Source of the DNA: Myxococcales bacterium
GTDB taxonomy: Bacteria > Myxococcota_A > UBA9042
NCBI GenBank assembly: GCA_037441385.1
Contig: JBBISH010000001.1
Coordinates: 32,001 to 96,000, forward strand
DNA length: 64,000 nucleotides
Reading direction: 5' to 3'
The position numbers and the translations under genes were made by a program. Below, piece after piece: positions 20,019-29,572 of the stretch; within the stretch, counting starts at the first letter, position 1; each line of letters begins with the position of its first letter. The notes under the pieces are model-generated. The model did not search any database. It saw only the letters and a program-made list of their open reading frames with translations, and had not been told where the DNA came from.

Positions 20019-22388
20019 CTAGTTGCGGAGCGGCTTGCCGGTGGTCAGCATGTGCGCGACGCGGTCGCGGGTCTTCTGCATGCCGGCCAGGCGCAGGAAC
20101 GACTCGCGCTCCAGGTCCAGCAGGTCCCACTCGGTCTTCTTGCCGCCGCCCTCGCCGCCGCACAGCACGCGCCCGACCTCGTGGCCGATGGCGCAGTCGT
20201 GCTCGCTGGCCTGACCGGCGCAGCGGAACGAGTACAGCGCGTAGTCGAACAGCGCCATGCCCTCGGCACCCGGCATGATCAGGTTGTCGGGCGCCATGGC
20301 CGGGCGGTATCCCTCGGACACCAGGTTCAGGACCTTCTGCTTGGCGTGGCCGATGCGCTGGTCGCCGTCGAAGCTGATGGCGTCTTCGGCGCGCAGGAAG
20401 TTCAGCTCGCGGGCGTTGCCGGCGCCGGTCGAGACCTTGGCCAAGGCGATGGTCTCGAAGGCCTTTTGCAGGGCCAGCGTGCGGTCCAGGCGGCTGCCGG
20501 CGTCGATGCCGTTCAGTGCGCGCACCGCCAGCTCCTTGGTGCCGCCCGCGCCGGGGATGAGGCCTACGCCGACTTCGACCAGGCCGAAGTAGGTCTCGGC
20601 CGCGGCCTGCATCCGGCTGGAGTGCATGGCGATCTCGCAGCCGCCGCCAAACGTCATGCCGTGCGGGGCGGCGACGATCGGCGCGTGGCTATACTTGAAC
20701 TGCATGAAAAGGCTTTGGAACATCTTGACTGCGCCGGCCAATTCGTCCCACTTGCCCTCGCTGGCGAACTGGGCAATGAAGCCCAGGTTGGCGCCGACGG
20801 AGAAGTTGCCGCCGTCGTTGCCGATCACCAGCCCGACCCACGGGCCCTTGTCCAGCAGTTCCAGGGCCTTGTAGCCCATCTCGATGATCTTGTCGTCGAG
20901 CGCGTTGGCCTTGCTGCGGAAGGCAAGGCACAGCACATGGTCGCCCAAATCCAGCAGCTGCGCCGAGGGGTTCTCGGCTACGACCTTGCCGCCCGCGCGC
21001 ACGTCGCTGAGGTGCAGACCCGGCAGCGCCGGCACCGCCAGGCGCTCCAGCTTGAAGTTGGTCTGCTGCTTGCCCTCGTAGAACGAGGACTTGCCGCTAG
21101 CCAGCAGCTTTTGCACCGCCGCCGGAACTTCGCGGCCTTCCGACTTCAGGCGCTCGGCCACCGCGGCCACGCCCAGCGCGTCCCACAGCTCGAACGGCCC
21201 CAGCTGCCAGTTGAAGCCCCAGCGCATGGCGCGGTCGATGCTGACCACGTCGTCGGCGATTTCGCCCAGCAAATTGGCGGCATAGCACAGCGAGCGGCTC
21301 AGGGTGTCCCAGGCCAGCTTGCCGCCGCGGTCGTCCGAGAAGGCGATGGCCTTGATGCGCGCGCCGGTGTCGCGGATCTTGCCGTGGGCGGCCAAGCACG
21401 GGAAATCCGCCTTGATCTGCGGGACGTAGTCCTGCTTGGCGGGGTCCAGCACCAAGATGTCGGCGCCGACCTTGCGGTAGAAGCCCGCGCCCACCTTTTG
21501 GCCAATGGCACCCTTGGCGATCATGGCCTTGAGCACCGGGTGCAGGTCGAAAATCGCGCGGTTGGGGTCGCTCTGCAGGTTGTCGTAGCAGTTCTGGGCG
21601 ACGTGGCCCAGCGTGTCCAGACCGACCACGTCGGCGGTACGGAACACCGCGCTCTTGGGCCGGCCCATCGGCTCGCCGAACAGGGCGTCGACCTCGTCGA
21701 TGCGATAACCCTGACCGAACACCAGGTTCACCGCCTGCATCATGTCATGGACGCCGATGCGGTTGGCGATGAAGTTGATGGTGTCTTTGGCGTCGACGAC
21801 GCCCTTGCCCAGGTCGTCCTGGCAGAACTTGCTCATCTTCTGGACGATGGCGGGGTCGGTGAACTCGCCCGCGACGATCTCGACCAGCTTCATGTAACGG
21901 ACAGGATTGAAGAAGTGCGTGATGAGGAAGTGCTTCTTGAAGCCCTCGCTGCGCGGCTCGACCATCTTGGCCAGCGGGATGCCCGAGGTGTTGGAACTGA
22001 CGATGGTGTGCGGCGCACGGTGGGTGTCGATGGCCGAAAACACTGCGTTCTTGATGTCCAAACGCTCGGTGACGGCTTCCACGACCCAGTCGCAGGCGCC
22101 AAGCTCGACGAGGTCGTCTTGCAGGTTGCCGATGCGGATGCGCGCGGCTTCGGCCGGGCGGTGAATGGGCGCCGGCTTGAGCACCAGCGCGCGGTCCAGA
22201 CCGCCCTGGGCGATGGCGTTGCGGGCCTTCTTGACCTTGGCGTCGCCAGCGGCGAAAGCCGGCGCGTCCTTGGGAACGATGTCGACCAGGAGCACGTCGA
22301 TCCCGGCCGAGGCCAGGTGGCAGGCAATGCCTGTGCCCATGACACCGGCGCCGACGACACCGACTTTGTTGATGCGGTGCAAAGACAT
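20019..22388 (-). CDS. fadN: 3-hydroxyacyl-CoA dehydrogenase/enoyl-CoA hydratase (FadN-type)
   Basis: GAGVMG, SNTSG, HFFNPVRYM, crotonase GGGCE, C-terminal GKPLRN. Confidence 0.92.
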   Translation of the reverse strand: MSLHRINKVGVVGAGVMGTGIACHLASAGIDVLLVDIVPKDAPAFAAGDAKVKKARNAIAQGGLDRALVLKPAPIHRPAEAARIRIGNLQDDLVELGACDWVVEAVTERLDIKNAVFSAIDTHRAPHTIVSSNTSGIPLAKMVEPRSEGFKKHFLITHFFNPVRYMKLVEIVAGEFTDPAIVQKMSKFCQDDLGKGVVDAKDTINFIANRIGVHDMMQAVNLVFGQGYRIDEVDALFGEPMGRPKSAVFRTADVVGLDTLGHVAQNCYDNLQSDPNRAIFDLHPVLKAMIAKGAIGQKVGAGFYRKVGADILVLDPAKQDYVPQIKADFPCLAAHGKIRDTGARIKAIAFSDDRGGKLAWDTLSRSLCYAANLLGEIADDVVSIDRAMRWGFNWQLGPFELWDALGVAAVAERLKSEGREVPAAVQKLLASGKSSFYEGKQQTNFKLERLAVPALPGLHLSDVRAGGKVVAENPSAQLLDLGDHVLCLAFRSKANALDDKIIEMGYKALELLDKGPWVGLVIGNDGGNFSVGANLGFIAQFASEGKWDELAGAVKMFQSLFMQFKYSHAPIVAAPHGMTFGGGCEIAMHSSRMQAAAETYFGLVEVGVGLIPGAGGTKELAVRALNGIDAGSRLDRTLALQKAFETIALAKVSTGAGNARELNFLRAEDAISFDGDQRIGHAKQKVLNLVSEGYRPAMAPDNLIMPGAEGMALFDYALYSFRCAGQASEHDCAIGHEVGRVLCGGEGGGKKTEWDLLDLERESFLRLAGMQKTRDRVAHMLTTGKPLRN

Positions 22389-22688
22389 AGAAGACCTCGC
22401 GCGGAGCCGCAGCCCCATAGTGACCGGACCCGCCGGGAAACGATCCGCGGCAGATCAACAACGAGTGCAGGTCAAAAACATTTGGCGCAACAAAGACTTG
22501 GCATCGAGCGCGCCTGCCACAATTCCCGCCAAGGGGCTTGCAGCGAACCAGCAGTGTAGGCGGGCGCCAGCGGCGTGTCGATGCAGCCGCCTGTGCCAGC
22601 CGTGCGCTTGGTCAGGACTTCGTCACCGCTGGGCGGAGTGTGGCGCCGACGTCGCCCCACGTTCGTCAATCCGTAACGAATTCAATAA

Positions 22689-22703
22689 GTAGAAAATGGC
22701 TGC
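22689..22703 (-). promoter_or_regulatory. Conserved intergenic motif, copy 2
   Basis: GCAGCCATTTTCTAC, identical to 39757-39771. Confidence 0.55.
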
Positions 22704-22731
22704 TCGTTTCGTGGCTAGCGCTGTACGGTGG

Positions 22732-23511
22732 CTAGCGCAGCTGCCGCTCGAGCCATTCGCGGATGTGCGCCGTCTCGCTGTCGGGGATCGTGTGCGCTTC
22801 GCCGTGCTGGGCGAACTCGACGGCGATGCCGACCTTTTTCAACTGCTCGGCGGCGTCGCGCCCGCGCGCAAGAGGGACGACCTGGTCCTCGCTGCCGTGG
22901 ACGAACAAAACCGGCGTGGCGGTGGCCGCTTGCTTGGCGTCCAGGGGGTAGGCCAGCGCGCCCGCGATGCAGACGGCGGCGGCGACTTGCGACGGGTGCT
23001 CGGCGACGAAGTGGGCGGCGACGAAGCAACCCTGCGAAAAGCCTAGCAGCGCCACCTTGCGACCCGGTGCCGAGCGCACGTGCGCTTCGACCAGGCGTTC
23101 GGCGGACTGCATGTCGGCGCGACCCTGGTCGGGCGCATCGGACCGGAACCACTGGGTGTTTTCGCGCCATGGCAACGGCGCCTTGAGCAGCCGCCACGTC
23201 CACTTGGGGCCCAGACGGCCCGCGACGGCCGAGAAGTGTTCGGGCGTGTCGCCGCGGCCGTGTAGCGCCAAGACCAGCGGGCCCTTGCTGTCCGCGCCGG
23301 GCGGACTCTGGTCGACCCACACGCCGGGGAGCGCCTGGTCCACCGCCACCGGCGAGCTCACATCCGCCGTGGGCGCAGTTGCCTTGGAGTCGCCGCGATC
23401 GAGCGCAGTATTCGCGGGCTGGTCGGCCGGTTGGCGCAGCACCACCACCGCAACGGCGGCAAGGGCGCCAAGCCCCACGGCGGCCAGCAGAATCTTCCAG
23501 CGAACTTCCAC
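22732..23511 (-). CDS. Phospholipase/carboxylesterase (alpha/beta hydrolase) with N-terminal anchor
   Basis: LHGRG, GFSQG, HGSEDQVVP, catalytic His in AHTI. Confidence 0.9.
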   Translation of the reverse strand: MEVRWKILLAAVGLGALAAVAVVVLRQPADQPANTALDRGDSKATAPTADVSSPVAVDQALPGVWVDQSPPGADSKGPLVLALHGRGDTPEHFSAVAGRLGPKWTWRLLKAPLPWRENTQWFRSDAPDQGRADMQSAERLVEAHVRSAPGRKVALLGFSQGCFVAAHFVAEHPSQVAAAVCIAGALAYPLDAKQAATATPVLFVHGSEDQVVPLARGRDAAEQLKKVGIAVEFAQHGEAHTIPDSETAHIREWLERQLR

Positions 23512-23581
23512 GCAATCCCCTTGGGGTGCCGTCGCCGGCCTGTCCCAGCGTCAGGATCTACCACGGCCGGGCGGCCGAGCG

Positions 23582-25276
23582 CTATCCCCCGTAGGCATAC
23601 TCGTCGTTGACGCGGTCATCCAGCGTGCCGAACTTGGTCAACTTGCCTTCGAAGTGCAGGTCGATGTCGCCGGTCATGCCCGCGCGCTGCTTGGCCACCA
23701 CCAGCTGGGCCAGGTGCTCGGGCGCGTCCTTGTTGTAGTAGTTCTCGCGGTGGATGAACCAAATGATATCCGCGTCTTGCTCGATCGAGCCGGACTCGCG
23801 CAGGTCGCTCATCTGCGGCTTCTTGCTGTTGCCGTCGCGCTTCTCCAGGCTGCGGTTGAGCTGCGACAACGCCACCACCGTGCAGTGGCTCTCTTTGGCC
23901 AGCGCCTTGAGCGAGCGCGAGATCTCGGCGACCTCTTGCTCGCGGCTCTGCTTGGCGCCGCCGGTGCCGCGCATCAGCTGCAGGTAGTCGACCACCACCA
24001 ACGTCAGCGGCCCGCCCATCTCCAGGCGCTTGCAGCGCGACCGCAGCTCGACGGTCGACAGGGCCGGCGTATCGTCGATGTGCAGGTCCAGGTCGGCCAA
24101 CTCGCTCGCCGCCTCGCGCAGCAGCCGCTCGTCTTCGTTCGAGAGCTGGCCGGTGCGCAATTCCTTCAGGCCAATCCGCGACCGCGACGACAGCATGCGC
24201 ATGACCAGCTGCTCGCGGCCCATTTCCAGCGAAAAGAACGCGACCCGCGCCCGCGCCTGCTCGGGAGTGCGACCCGGCTGCTCGGCCACGTTGACCGCCA
24301 GGTTCAGCGCGAACGCCGACTTGCCCATCGCCGGGCGCGCCGCCAGGATGATCAGGTCGGTGGCGTGCAGGCCCAGGTGCCAGCGGTCGATGTCGCGAAA
24401 ACCCGTAGAAATGCCTACAATTTCGCCGCCGCGGGCCCGCGCGTCCAGCACCCTTTGGTAGGTCTCGCCGACCAGTTGGCTCAGCGGCTGCGGGCCGCCG
24501 CGCACCGTGTCCTTCAGGGCGTTACCGATCTCCTTTTCGACGATCTGGACAAATTCATCAGGATCCAGGCCGCGTTCGTAGCCCTTGGACTGGACGAGGT
24601 GGGTCGCCTTCAGGATCCGTCGCGCCCGCGCCAGCTTGCTCAGCGCGTGGGCGTAGTGCTCCACGGCCGCCGAGCTGCCCACCTCGCGGCACAGCTCGAA
24701 CAAGTAAGCGAGCGCCACCGGGTTTTTGTCCTTGAGCTGCTGCTCCAGGATCGTGTGAACCGCCACCACGTCGGTGCTCGCGTTGTCCATCGCCAAGCGC
24801 GTGATGGTCTTGAAGATCTCGACGTGGCGCTGGTCGTAGAAGTCGTCCGCTTGCATGGACGACATCGCCAGCGGCACGGCCTCGGGATCGGTCAGGCACG
24901 CGCCCAGGACGGCCCGTTCGGCCAGCAAGTTGGCGGGCTGCAAGGGCGACGTAGCGACAGCCGCCTGACCTTCGCGCGCAGCCGGCGTCCGGAGCCCGCC
25001 CAGGCGCCCGCGTCGAGCCGAGGGGGCAGCGGTAGCTGGCGCAAACTCGCGGGGCGAGGTCGGCTCGTGATCAGGAAAGAATCCATCGCCGTCGCCGAAA
25101 TGGGGCGGCGAGCCAAAGGGGTCTGGCTCTGCCTCTATCCCGCTTAGATCGTTGAATTCACTAGGTGATTCGTCGAAGAAGGGGGCATCTTCGCTCCAAG
25201 TCGGCTCGGCCGGCTGGGACGAATCGGCCTCGGAATCGGGCGGCAGGTGCGATGGGGGTTGCAAAGGCATGGACAT
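23582..25276 (-). CDS. dnaB: Replicative DNA helicase with acidic N-terminal extension
   Basis: AARPAMGKS, FFSLEM, VDYLQL, SQLNR, DLRESGSIEQDAD. Confidence 0.97.
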   Translation of the reverse strand: MSMPLQPPSHLPPDSEADSSQPAEPTWSEDAPFFDESPSEFNDLSGIEAEPDPFGSPPHFGDGDGFFPDHEPTSPREFAPATAAPSARRGRLGGLRTPAAREGQAAVATSPLQPANLLAERAVLGACLTDPEAVPLAMSSMQADDFYDQRHVEIFKTITRLAMDNASTDVVAVHTILEQQLKDKNPVALAYLFELCREVGSSAAVEHYAHALSKLARARRILKATHLVQSKGYERGLDPDEFVQIVEKEIGNALKDTVRGGPQPLSQLVGETYQRVLDARARGGEIVGISTGFRDIDRWHLGLHATDLIILAARPAMGKSAFALNLAVNVAEQPGRTPEQARARVAFFSLEMGREQLVMRMLSSRSRIGLKELRTGQLSNEDERLLREAASELADLDLHIDDTPALSTVELRSRCKRLEMGGPLTLVVVDYLQLMRGTGGAKQSREQEVAEISRSLKALAKESHCTVVALSQLNRSLEKRDGNSKKPQMSDLRESGSIEQDADIIWFIHRENYYNKDAPEHLAQLVVAKQRAGMTGDIDLHFEGKLTKFGTLDDRVNDEYAYGG

Positions 25277-25427
25277 GGCGCCAGTCTACTGCACGTGCGG
25301 GATCCTCGTCACTCGAATCGCGCACACCCAAGCCAAGCTCCCTGCGAAACTGCGCTGCTTGACGGCGCAAACGACCACGCCGCACTCCCCCGTACTTGAC
25401 CGGGTGCGCGGCCTACTAGAGGACCCG

Positions 25428-26048
25428 ATGCTCAAAGTCGGCGACGAGACGGAAGGTTATTGCCCGCGCTGCCGTCTCAACACCTATCAGATCGTCTCGG
25501 CCACGGACGGCCGCGAGATCTTCACCGCCACCTGTCGCACCTGCCGCAACACGTTCCAATACAAGCCGGAACTGTCGCTCGAAGAAGTCCGCGACAAGCA
25601 GATCAAGAAGCTCAAGACCTTGCAGAAGAAGCGCGTCGCCGGCAACCCCGACATCGTGCAGTTCGCTTCGCGCAAGTCGGCCGGCAAGGGCGACATGGAC
25701 ATGCCGCTGCGGGCCTACCGCGAGATGATGGGCAAGGACCCCGACGCCGGACTGCCGCCGCAAGGCGGGCCGATTCGCGAGCCCGTGGCCCAGGTTGCGG
25801 TCAGTGGCGCCGCCGAGACCCCCGCCGCGCGCTGGACCCGGATGACCGCGACGCTGTCGGCCCGCGATGGCCGGCCGTACAACCCGTCCCGGACCTACAA
25901 AGAGGGCGACGTGCTGCTGCACAAGTCGCACGGCCTGGGGCTGGTCGAGAACGTCCTGCACGAGAACGCCGCGATGGTTTTGTTCCGCGACGCCGAAAAG
26001 GTGCTCGAGATGGGCGCCGCGGCCGTCGAGGTCGCGCAGCGCCGCTAG
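25428..26048 (+). CDS. Conserved hypothetical protein with Zn-ribbon and C-terminal SH3/Tudor-like module
   Basis: CPRC...CRTC; YNPSRTYKEGDVLLHKSHGLGLV; GAGG RBS. Confidence 0.7.
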   Translation: MLKVGDETEGYCPRCRLNTYQIVSATDGREIFTATCRTCRNTFQYKPELSLEEVRDKQIKKLKTLQKKRVAGNPDIVQFASRKSAGKGDMDMPLRAYREMMGKDPDAGLPPQGGPIREPVAQVAVSGAAETPAARWTRMTATLSARDGRPYNPSRTYKEGDVLLHKSHGLGLVENVLHENAAMVLFRDAEKVLEMGAAAVEVAQRR

Positions 26049-26080
26049 CAAAAGTGTACGATTATCAAGAAGTAATGCTA

Positions 26081-27622
26081 CTAGCCAAACAGTGCCCGCA
26101 GCAACTGCGTGTCGCCTTGGACGGCGGTTCGCTGCCAGTAGAAGCGCAGGCCGCGCTCGCCGCCCAGTTCTTCGCCGCCGCCGGCCTTGCCCGGACCGCC
26201 GTGGACCAGGCTGGGCATTACCGCGCCGTGGCCCACGCCCTGGTCAAAGACTTTGGCGCTGCCCCAGTAAATGCGGCCGGTGTAGGGCGCCACGCCGGGC
26301 ACCACCTGGCGGCACCAGTCCAAGTCGTCCGAGAACACCGAGCAGGCCAGGCTGCCGCCGCCGCGGGCGACGATCGCCACCACTTCGGCCGGCGAGCCTT
26401 CGACCGGCAGTAGGGTCGCCGCGGGGCCAAACACTTCGTGATCGTGGATAAATTCGGCGTCGCTCCCCGCGTCGCTCTGGAACAGGCTGGGGGGCGCGTA
26501 GCAGCCTTGGGCCGGCGCGCCGCCCTGCCAAATCAGACTGGCGTGTCGGCTGAGCTCGGCCAAACCGGCGAGCACGTCGCGCTGCTGGGTCGGCCCGGCC
26601 AACGGACCCACCTGGCTGCGATCCTCTGCCGGGTCGCCCACTTGCAGGTCCTGCAGCCGCGCCACTAGCTCGTCTTTCACGTCGGCCAGCAGGGCCTTGG
26701 GCACCACGATGCGGCGGATCGCCGTGCACTTCTGCCCAGCTTTCTGAGTCAATTCACGGACCACCTCGGCCAGGAACATGGTCCAGGTGTCGCTGCCCGG
26801 CGCGACGTCGGGGCCCAGCACGCAGGCGTTCAGCGAATCCGCCTCGACATTGACCGGTACGTTCCACTTCAAGACCGCGGAATGACTACGAATCTGCTGG
26901 GCGGTGCTGCCCGAACCCGTAAAGACGATCGCGTCTTGCGGGCCCACGTGATCCAACAGGTCGCCCGCCGAGCCCACCAGCAGTTGCACCGCGCCCGCCG
27001 GCAGCAGCCCTTCTTGGACCCACAACTCCACGATGCGCACACTCAGCCACGCCGTCGCCGTGCCTGGCTTGGCCAGCACCGGCATCCCCGCCAGCAGCGC
27101 CACCGCGATCTTCTCGCACAGGTTCCACGCCGGGAAATTGAACGCGTTGATGTGGATCGCCACACCCTGCCGCGGCGACCACACGTGCTGGGCGACGAAG
27201 CGCTTCGATCGCGAGAATTGCACCTGCTCGCCGTCGCAAAGGGTCGTCTTGTCGCCCAGTTGCGCGCCCAGCTTGGCGTAGGTCGCCAGCGTGCCCGAGG
27301 CGCCGTCCACGTCGAACTTGCCGTCGCTCCGATTCGCACCCAGGTTGGCGCGCGCCACGTCCAGCAACTCGTCGCGGTGCGCCACCAGCGAGGCCGAAAG
27401 TTTGCCAAGCAATTCACCGCGCTGGGCAAACGTCATCGCTCGCAGCGCCGGGCCGCCCACCGCCCGACCGTGCTGCAGCGCCGCCCGCAAGTCCAGGCCC
27501 TTGCTCGAGCATTGGGCAATCACCTCGCCCGAAGCAGGGTTGTGCAAGGGCGTGTGCGGCGCCGCGCCGGCCTGCCAGCAATCGCACAGGTAAGACTGCA
27601 GAGTAATCAAGGCGTTCGACAT
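26081..27622 (-). CDS. Aldehyde dehydrogenase, PaaZ-ALDH/BoxD-like
   Basis: HINAFNFPAW, FTGS, VEADSLN, KAGQKCTAIRR, HGGPGKAGGGEELGG. Confidence 0.9.
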   Translation of the reverse strand: MSNALITLQSYLCDCWQAGAAPHTPLHNPASGEVIAQCSSKGLDLRAALQHGRAVGGPALRAMTFAQRGELLGKLSASLVAHRDELLDVARANLGANRSDGKFDVDGASGTLATYAKLGAQLGDKTTLCDGEQVQFSRSKRFVAQHVWSPRQGVAIHINAFNFPAWNLCEKIAVALLAGMPVLAKPGTATAWLSVRIVELWVQEGLLPAGAVQLLVGSAGDLLDHVGPQDAIVFTGSGSTAQQIRSHSAVLKWNVPVNVEADSLNACVLGPDVAPGSDTWTMFLAEVVRELTQKAGQKCTAIRRIVVPKALLADVKDELVARLQDLQVGDPAEDRSQVGPLAGPTQQRDVLAGLAELSRHASLIWQGGAPAQGCYAPPSLFQSDAGSDAEFIHDHEVFGPAATLLPVEGSPAEVVAIVARGGGSLACSVFSDDLDWCRQVVPGVAPYTGRIYWGSAKVFDQGVGHGAVMPSLVHGGPGKAGGGEELGGERGLRFYWQRTAVQGDTQLLRALFG

Positions 27623-27718
27623 CGGGCTCCCCTCGCCGGCGCAGACCGGGCGGCGCAAGGTAGCGCGAGCCTTCGCCGGCGGCAAGCTGAGGCCGCCGCG
27701 CTGGTCAAAAAACCGAAG

Positions 27719-28627
27719 TTAGTCCTGGCACATCGGCTTGTCGCCGTCGGGGCAGCGGAAGCGGATGTGGAAGTGATCGGCGTGGCCGGCGGCGTGGCGA
27801 ATCAGGCCGCGCGGCACGGTGGGCCCGGCCGGGTACTGAAATAGCGGCTCCAACTGCTCCTCTTTGTAGCCCACTGCCAGCAGGTCGTCGTACAGCAGGG
27901 CCTGCAACTCGTAGTCCATAAAGACAAACGCCAGCTTGCCGGTCGCCAGCAGCGTCTCCAGCACCGCCCACAGCCGCTCGGTGTCCACGTTGCCCGAGTC
28001 GGTCGGCACGAAGTGCTTGGCCCCGCCGCGGATCGTGAGCGGATAGCCGATATCCACGTCGCGTCCGGACTGGTGCGACTTGTGCGGCGGATAAAAGCCG
28101 CCCTCTTGCTTGCTCACCCCGCCGATGATCAGCGGTGCAGTCCCCGGAAACTGTTGCGCCAGCACCTGTCCGCAGCGCTGCAGCAACGCGATCGTCTCGT
28201 CCGTGCCAAACCCGTTCTTGTTCGTTGACCGATAGCCAGGTCCGCTGGGCGGCAGCCGGCAGCCGTTCTCCAGCGAGCCCGAGGTCACCGACCCCAGCGA
28301 CCGCGCCGGCCCGCTCCGGTCCCCGTCGTTGGCGCACACCGCGGCCGGCAGGTTCACGTCGGGCAAGCCATGGCGACCCACGCCCCGCGGCCGCACCGGC
28401 ACCCGCACCCGCGGGATCGGCTCCAGCGCCGAGTCGGCGATCCCGTCGTCGCCGCCTTCCAGCGCCGAATCGTCTACGAATTCCATGCGATCGAAGCCGA
28501 TGTCGCGTTCTTCCGGTGCGCTGCAGCCCACCAGCCCGAGCGCGAGCCCGAGCCCGATCCAGGTCCCGATCCAGGTCCCGGTCCAGGTTCCGGTCCCGGT
28601 CCCGCCCATGCCGCGGAGAGGCCGCAA
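27719..28627 (-). CDS. MepA-like penicillin-insensitive murein endopeptidase lipoprotein
   Basis: Lipobox LVGC; HKSHQSGRDVD and HADHFH LAS-family motifs. Confidence 0.85.
   Translation of the reverse strand: MRPLRGMGGTGTGTWTGTWIGTWIGLGLALGLVGCSAPEERDIGFDRMEFVDDSALEGGDDGIADSALEPIPRVRVPVRPRGVGRHGLPDVNLPAAVCANDGDRSGPARSLGSVTSGSLENGCRLPPSGPGYRSTNKNGFGTDETIALLQRCGQVLAQQFPGTAPLIIGGVSKQEGGFYPPHKSHQSGRDVDIGYPLTIRGGAKHFVPTDSGNVDTERLWAVLETLLATGKLAFVFMDYELQALLYDDLLAVGYKEEQLEPLFQYPAGPTVPRGLIRHAAGHADHFHIRFRCPDGDKPMCQD
28535..28604. repeat. Degenerate 6/12-bp tandem repeat in the signal-peptide region
   Basis: CCCGAG/CCCGAT/CCAGGT/CCCGGT units encoding GTGTGTWTGTWIGTWIGLGLAL. Confidence 0.8.
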
Positions 28628-29551
28628 CTAGGCCCCCATATTCAGCAAAGTCTGGTCCGGCAAGCGCGCGTCGCGGTGGGTCACCGTCACCCGGCCCAGG
28701 CGCAGGTGGCGAACCTCGTCGCCGATCGCCTCGGCCAGGGCCACGCTGCGGTGCTGTCCGCCCGTGCAACCCAGCGCCACCGTCACCAGCGCCCGGCCCT
28801 CTTGGGCGTGCAAAGGCAGAGCAAACTTCAACAAGTGCATCATCCGCCCCAGCGCCTCTTGCCCGCCGCGCTCCATCACGAACTGCGCCACCGCCGCGTC
28901 GCGCCCCGAAAGGGGCGACAAGTCGGGCACAAAGTACGGGTTGTCCACGTAGCGCACGTCGAACACGTAGTCCGCGTCGCGCGGCATGCCGTGCTTGAAG
29001 CCAAACGACTCCACCGCCACCATCATCCGCAGGTCCGCCGAGCCCTCGACATCGAACAGCCGCTGCACCTGCCGCTTGAGTTGGTGGATATTCATATCCG
29101 ATGTGTCGATGACCAGCGTGGTGCGCTCGCGCACTTCCATCATCACCGCGCGCTCTTGGCGGATCGCCTCGGTGATCGTCCCCGCCTCCCAGATCGGGTG
29201 CTTGCGGCGCGTTTCGGCAAAGCGGCGCACCAGCACGTCGTCGGCGCAGTCCAAAAAGAGCAGCTCGGACGGCACGCCCATCGTCGCCAGCGCCCGCAGC
29301 GCGTGATCCAAATCGCCCAGAAAGCCACCGGCGCGCACGTCGATGCCCACCGCCACCGGCACCGCGTCCAGGCGCTCGGCCAACGTTTCGACCAGGGCGG
29401 GCACCAGCGCCGCCGGCAGGTTGTCCACGCAGTACCAGCCCATGTCCTCCAGGGCGCGCAGGCAGGTGGAGCGCCCGGAGCCGCTGATGCCCGTGACCAC
29501 CAATACCCGTGCGCTGGAGCTTGGTTGTATGGGTGTCGCCGGAAGGCTCAT
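28628..29551 (-). CDS. rapZ: RNase adapter RapZ (YhbJ/YvcJ)
   Basis: TGISGSGRS, CVDNLP, ETRRKHP, SFGFKHG, GCTGGQHRSV. Confidence 0.95.
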   Translation of the reverse strand: MSLPATPIQPSSSARVLVVTGISGSGRSTCLRALEDMGWYCVDNLPAALVPALVETLAERLDAVPVAVGIDVRAGGFLGDLDHALRALATMGVPSELLFLDCADDVLVRRFAETRRKHPIWEAGTITEAIRQERAVMMEVRERTTLVIDTSDMNIHQLKRQVQRLFDVEGSADLRMMVAVESFGFKHGMPRDADYVFDVRYVDNPYFVPDLSPLSGRDAAVAQFVMERGGQEALGRMMHLLKFALPLHAQEGRALVTVALGCTGGQHRSVALAEAIGDEVRHLRLGRVTVTHRDARLPDQTLLNMGA

Positions 29552-29572
29552 GGTCGTTCCCAATTTCCGGGG

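Noticed and set aside
22389..22731. tmRNA, riboswitch or sigma54 site in the long fadN upstream region
   Set aside because: No tRNA-like ends or tag frame; the GG-N10-GC near 22498 is weak and points away from fadN
26049..26080. AT-rich patch with IHF-like TATCAAGAAGTAA between convergent genes
   Set aside because: Too short and degenerate to support a call; does not resemble a full dif or oriC site
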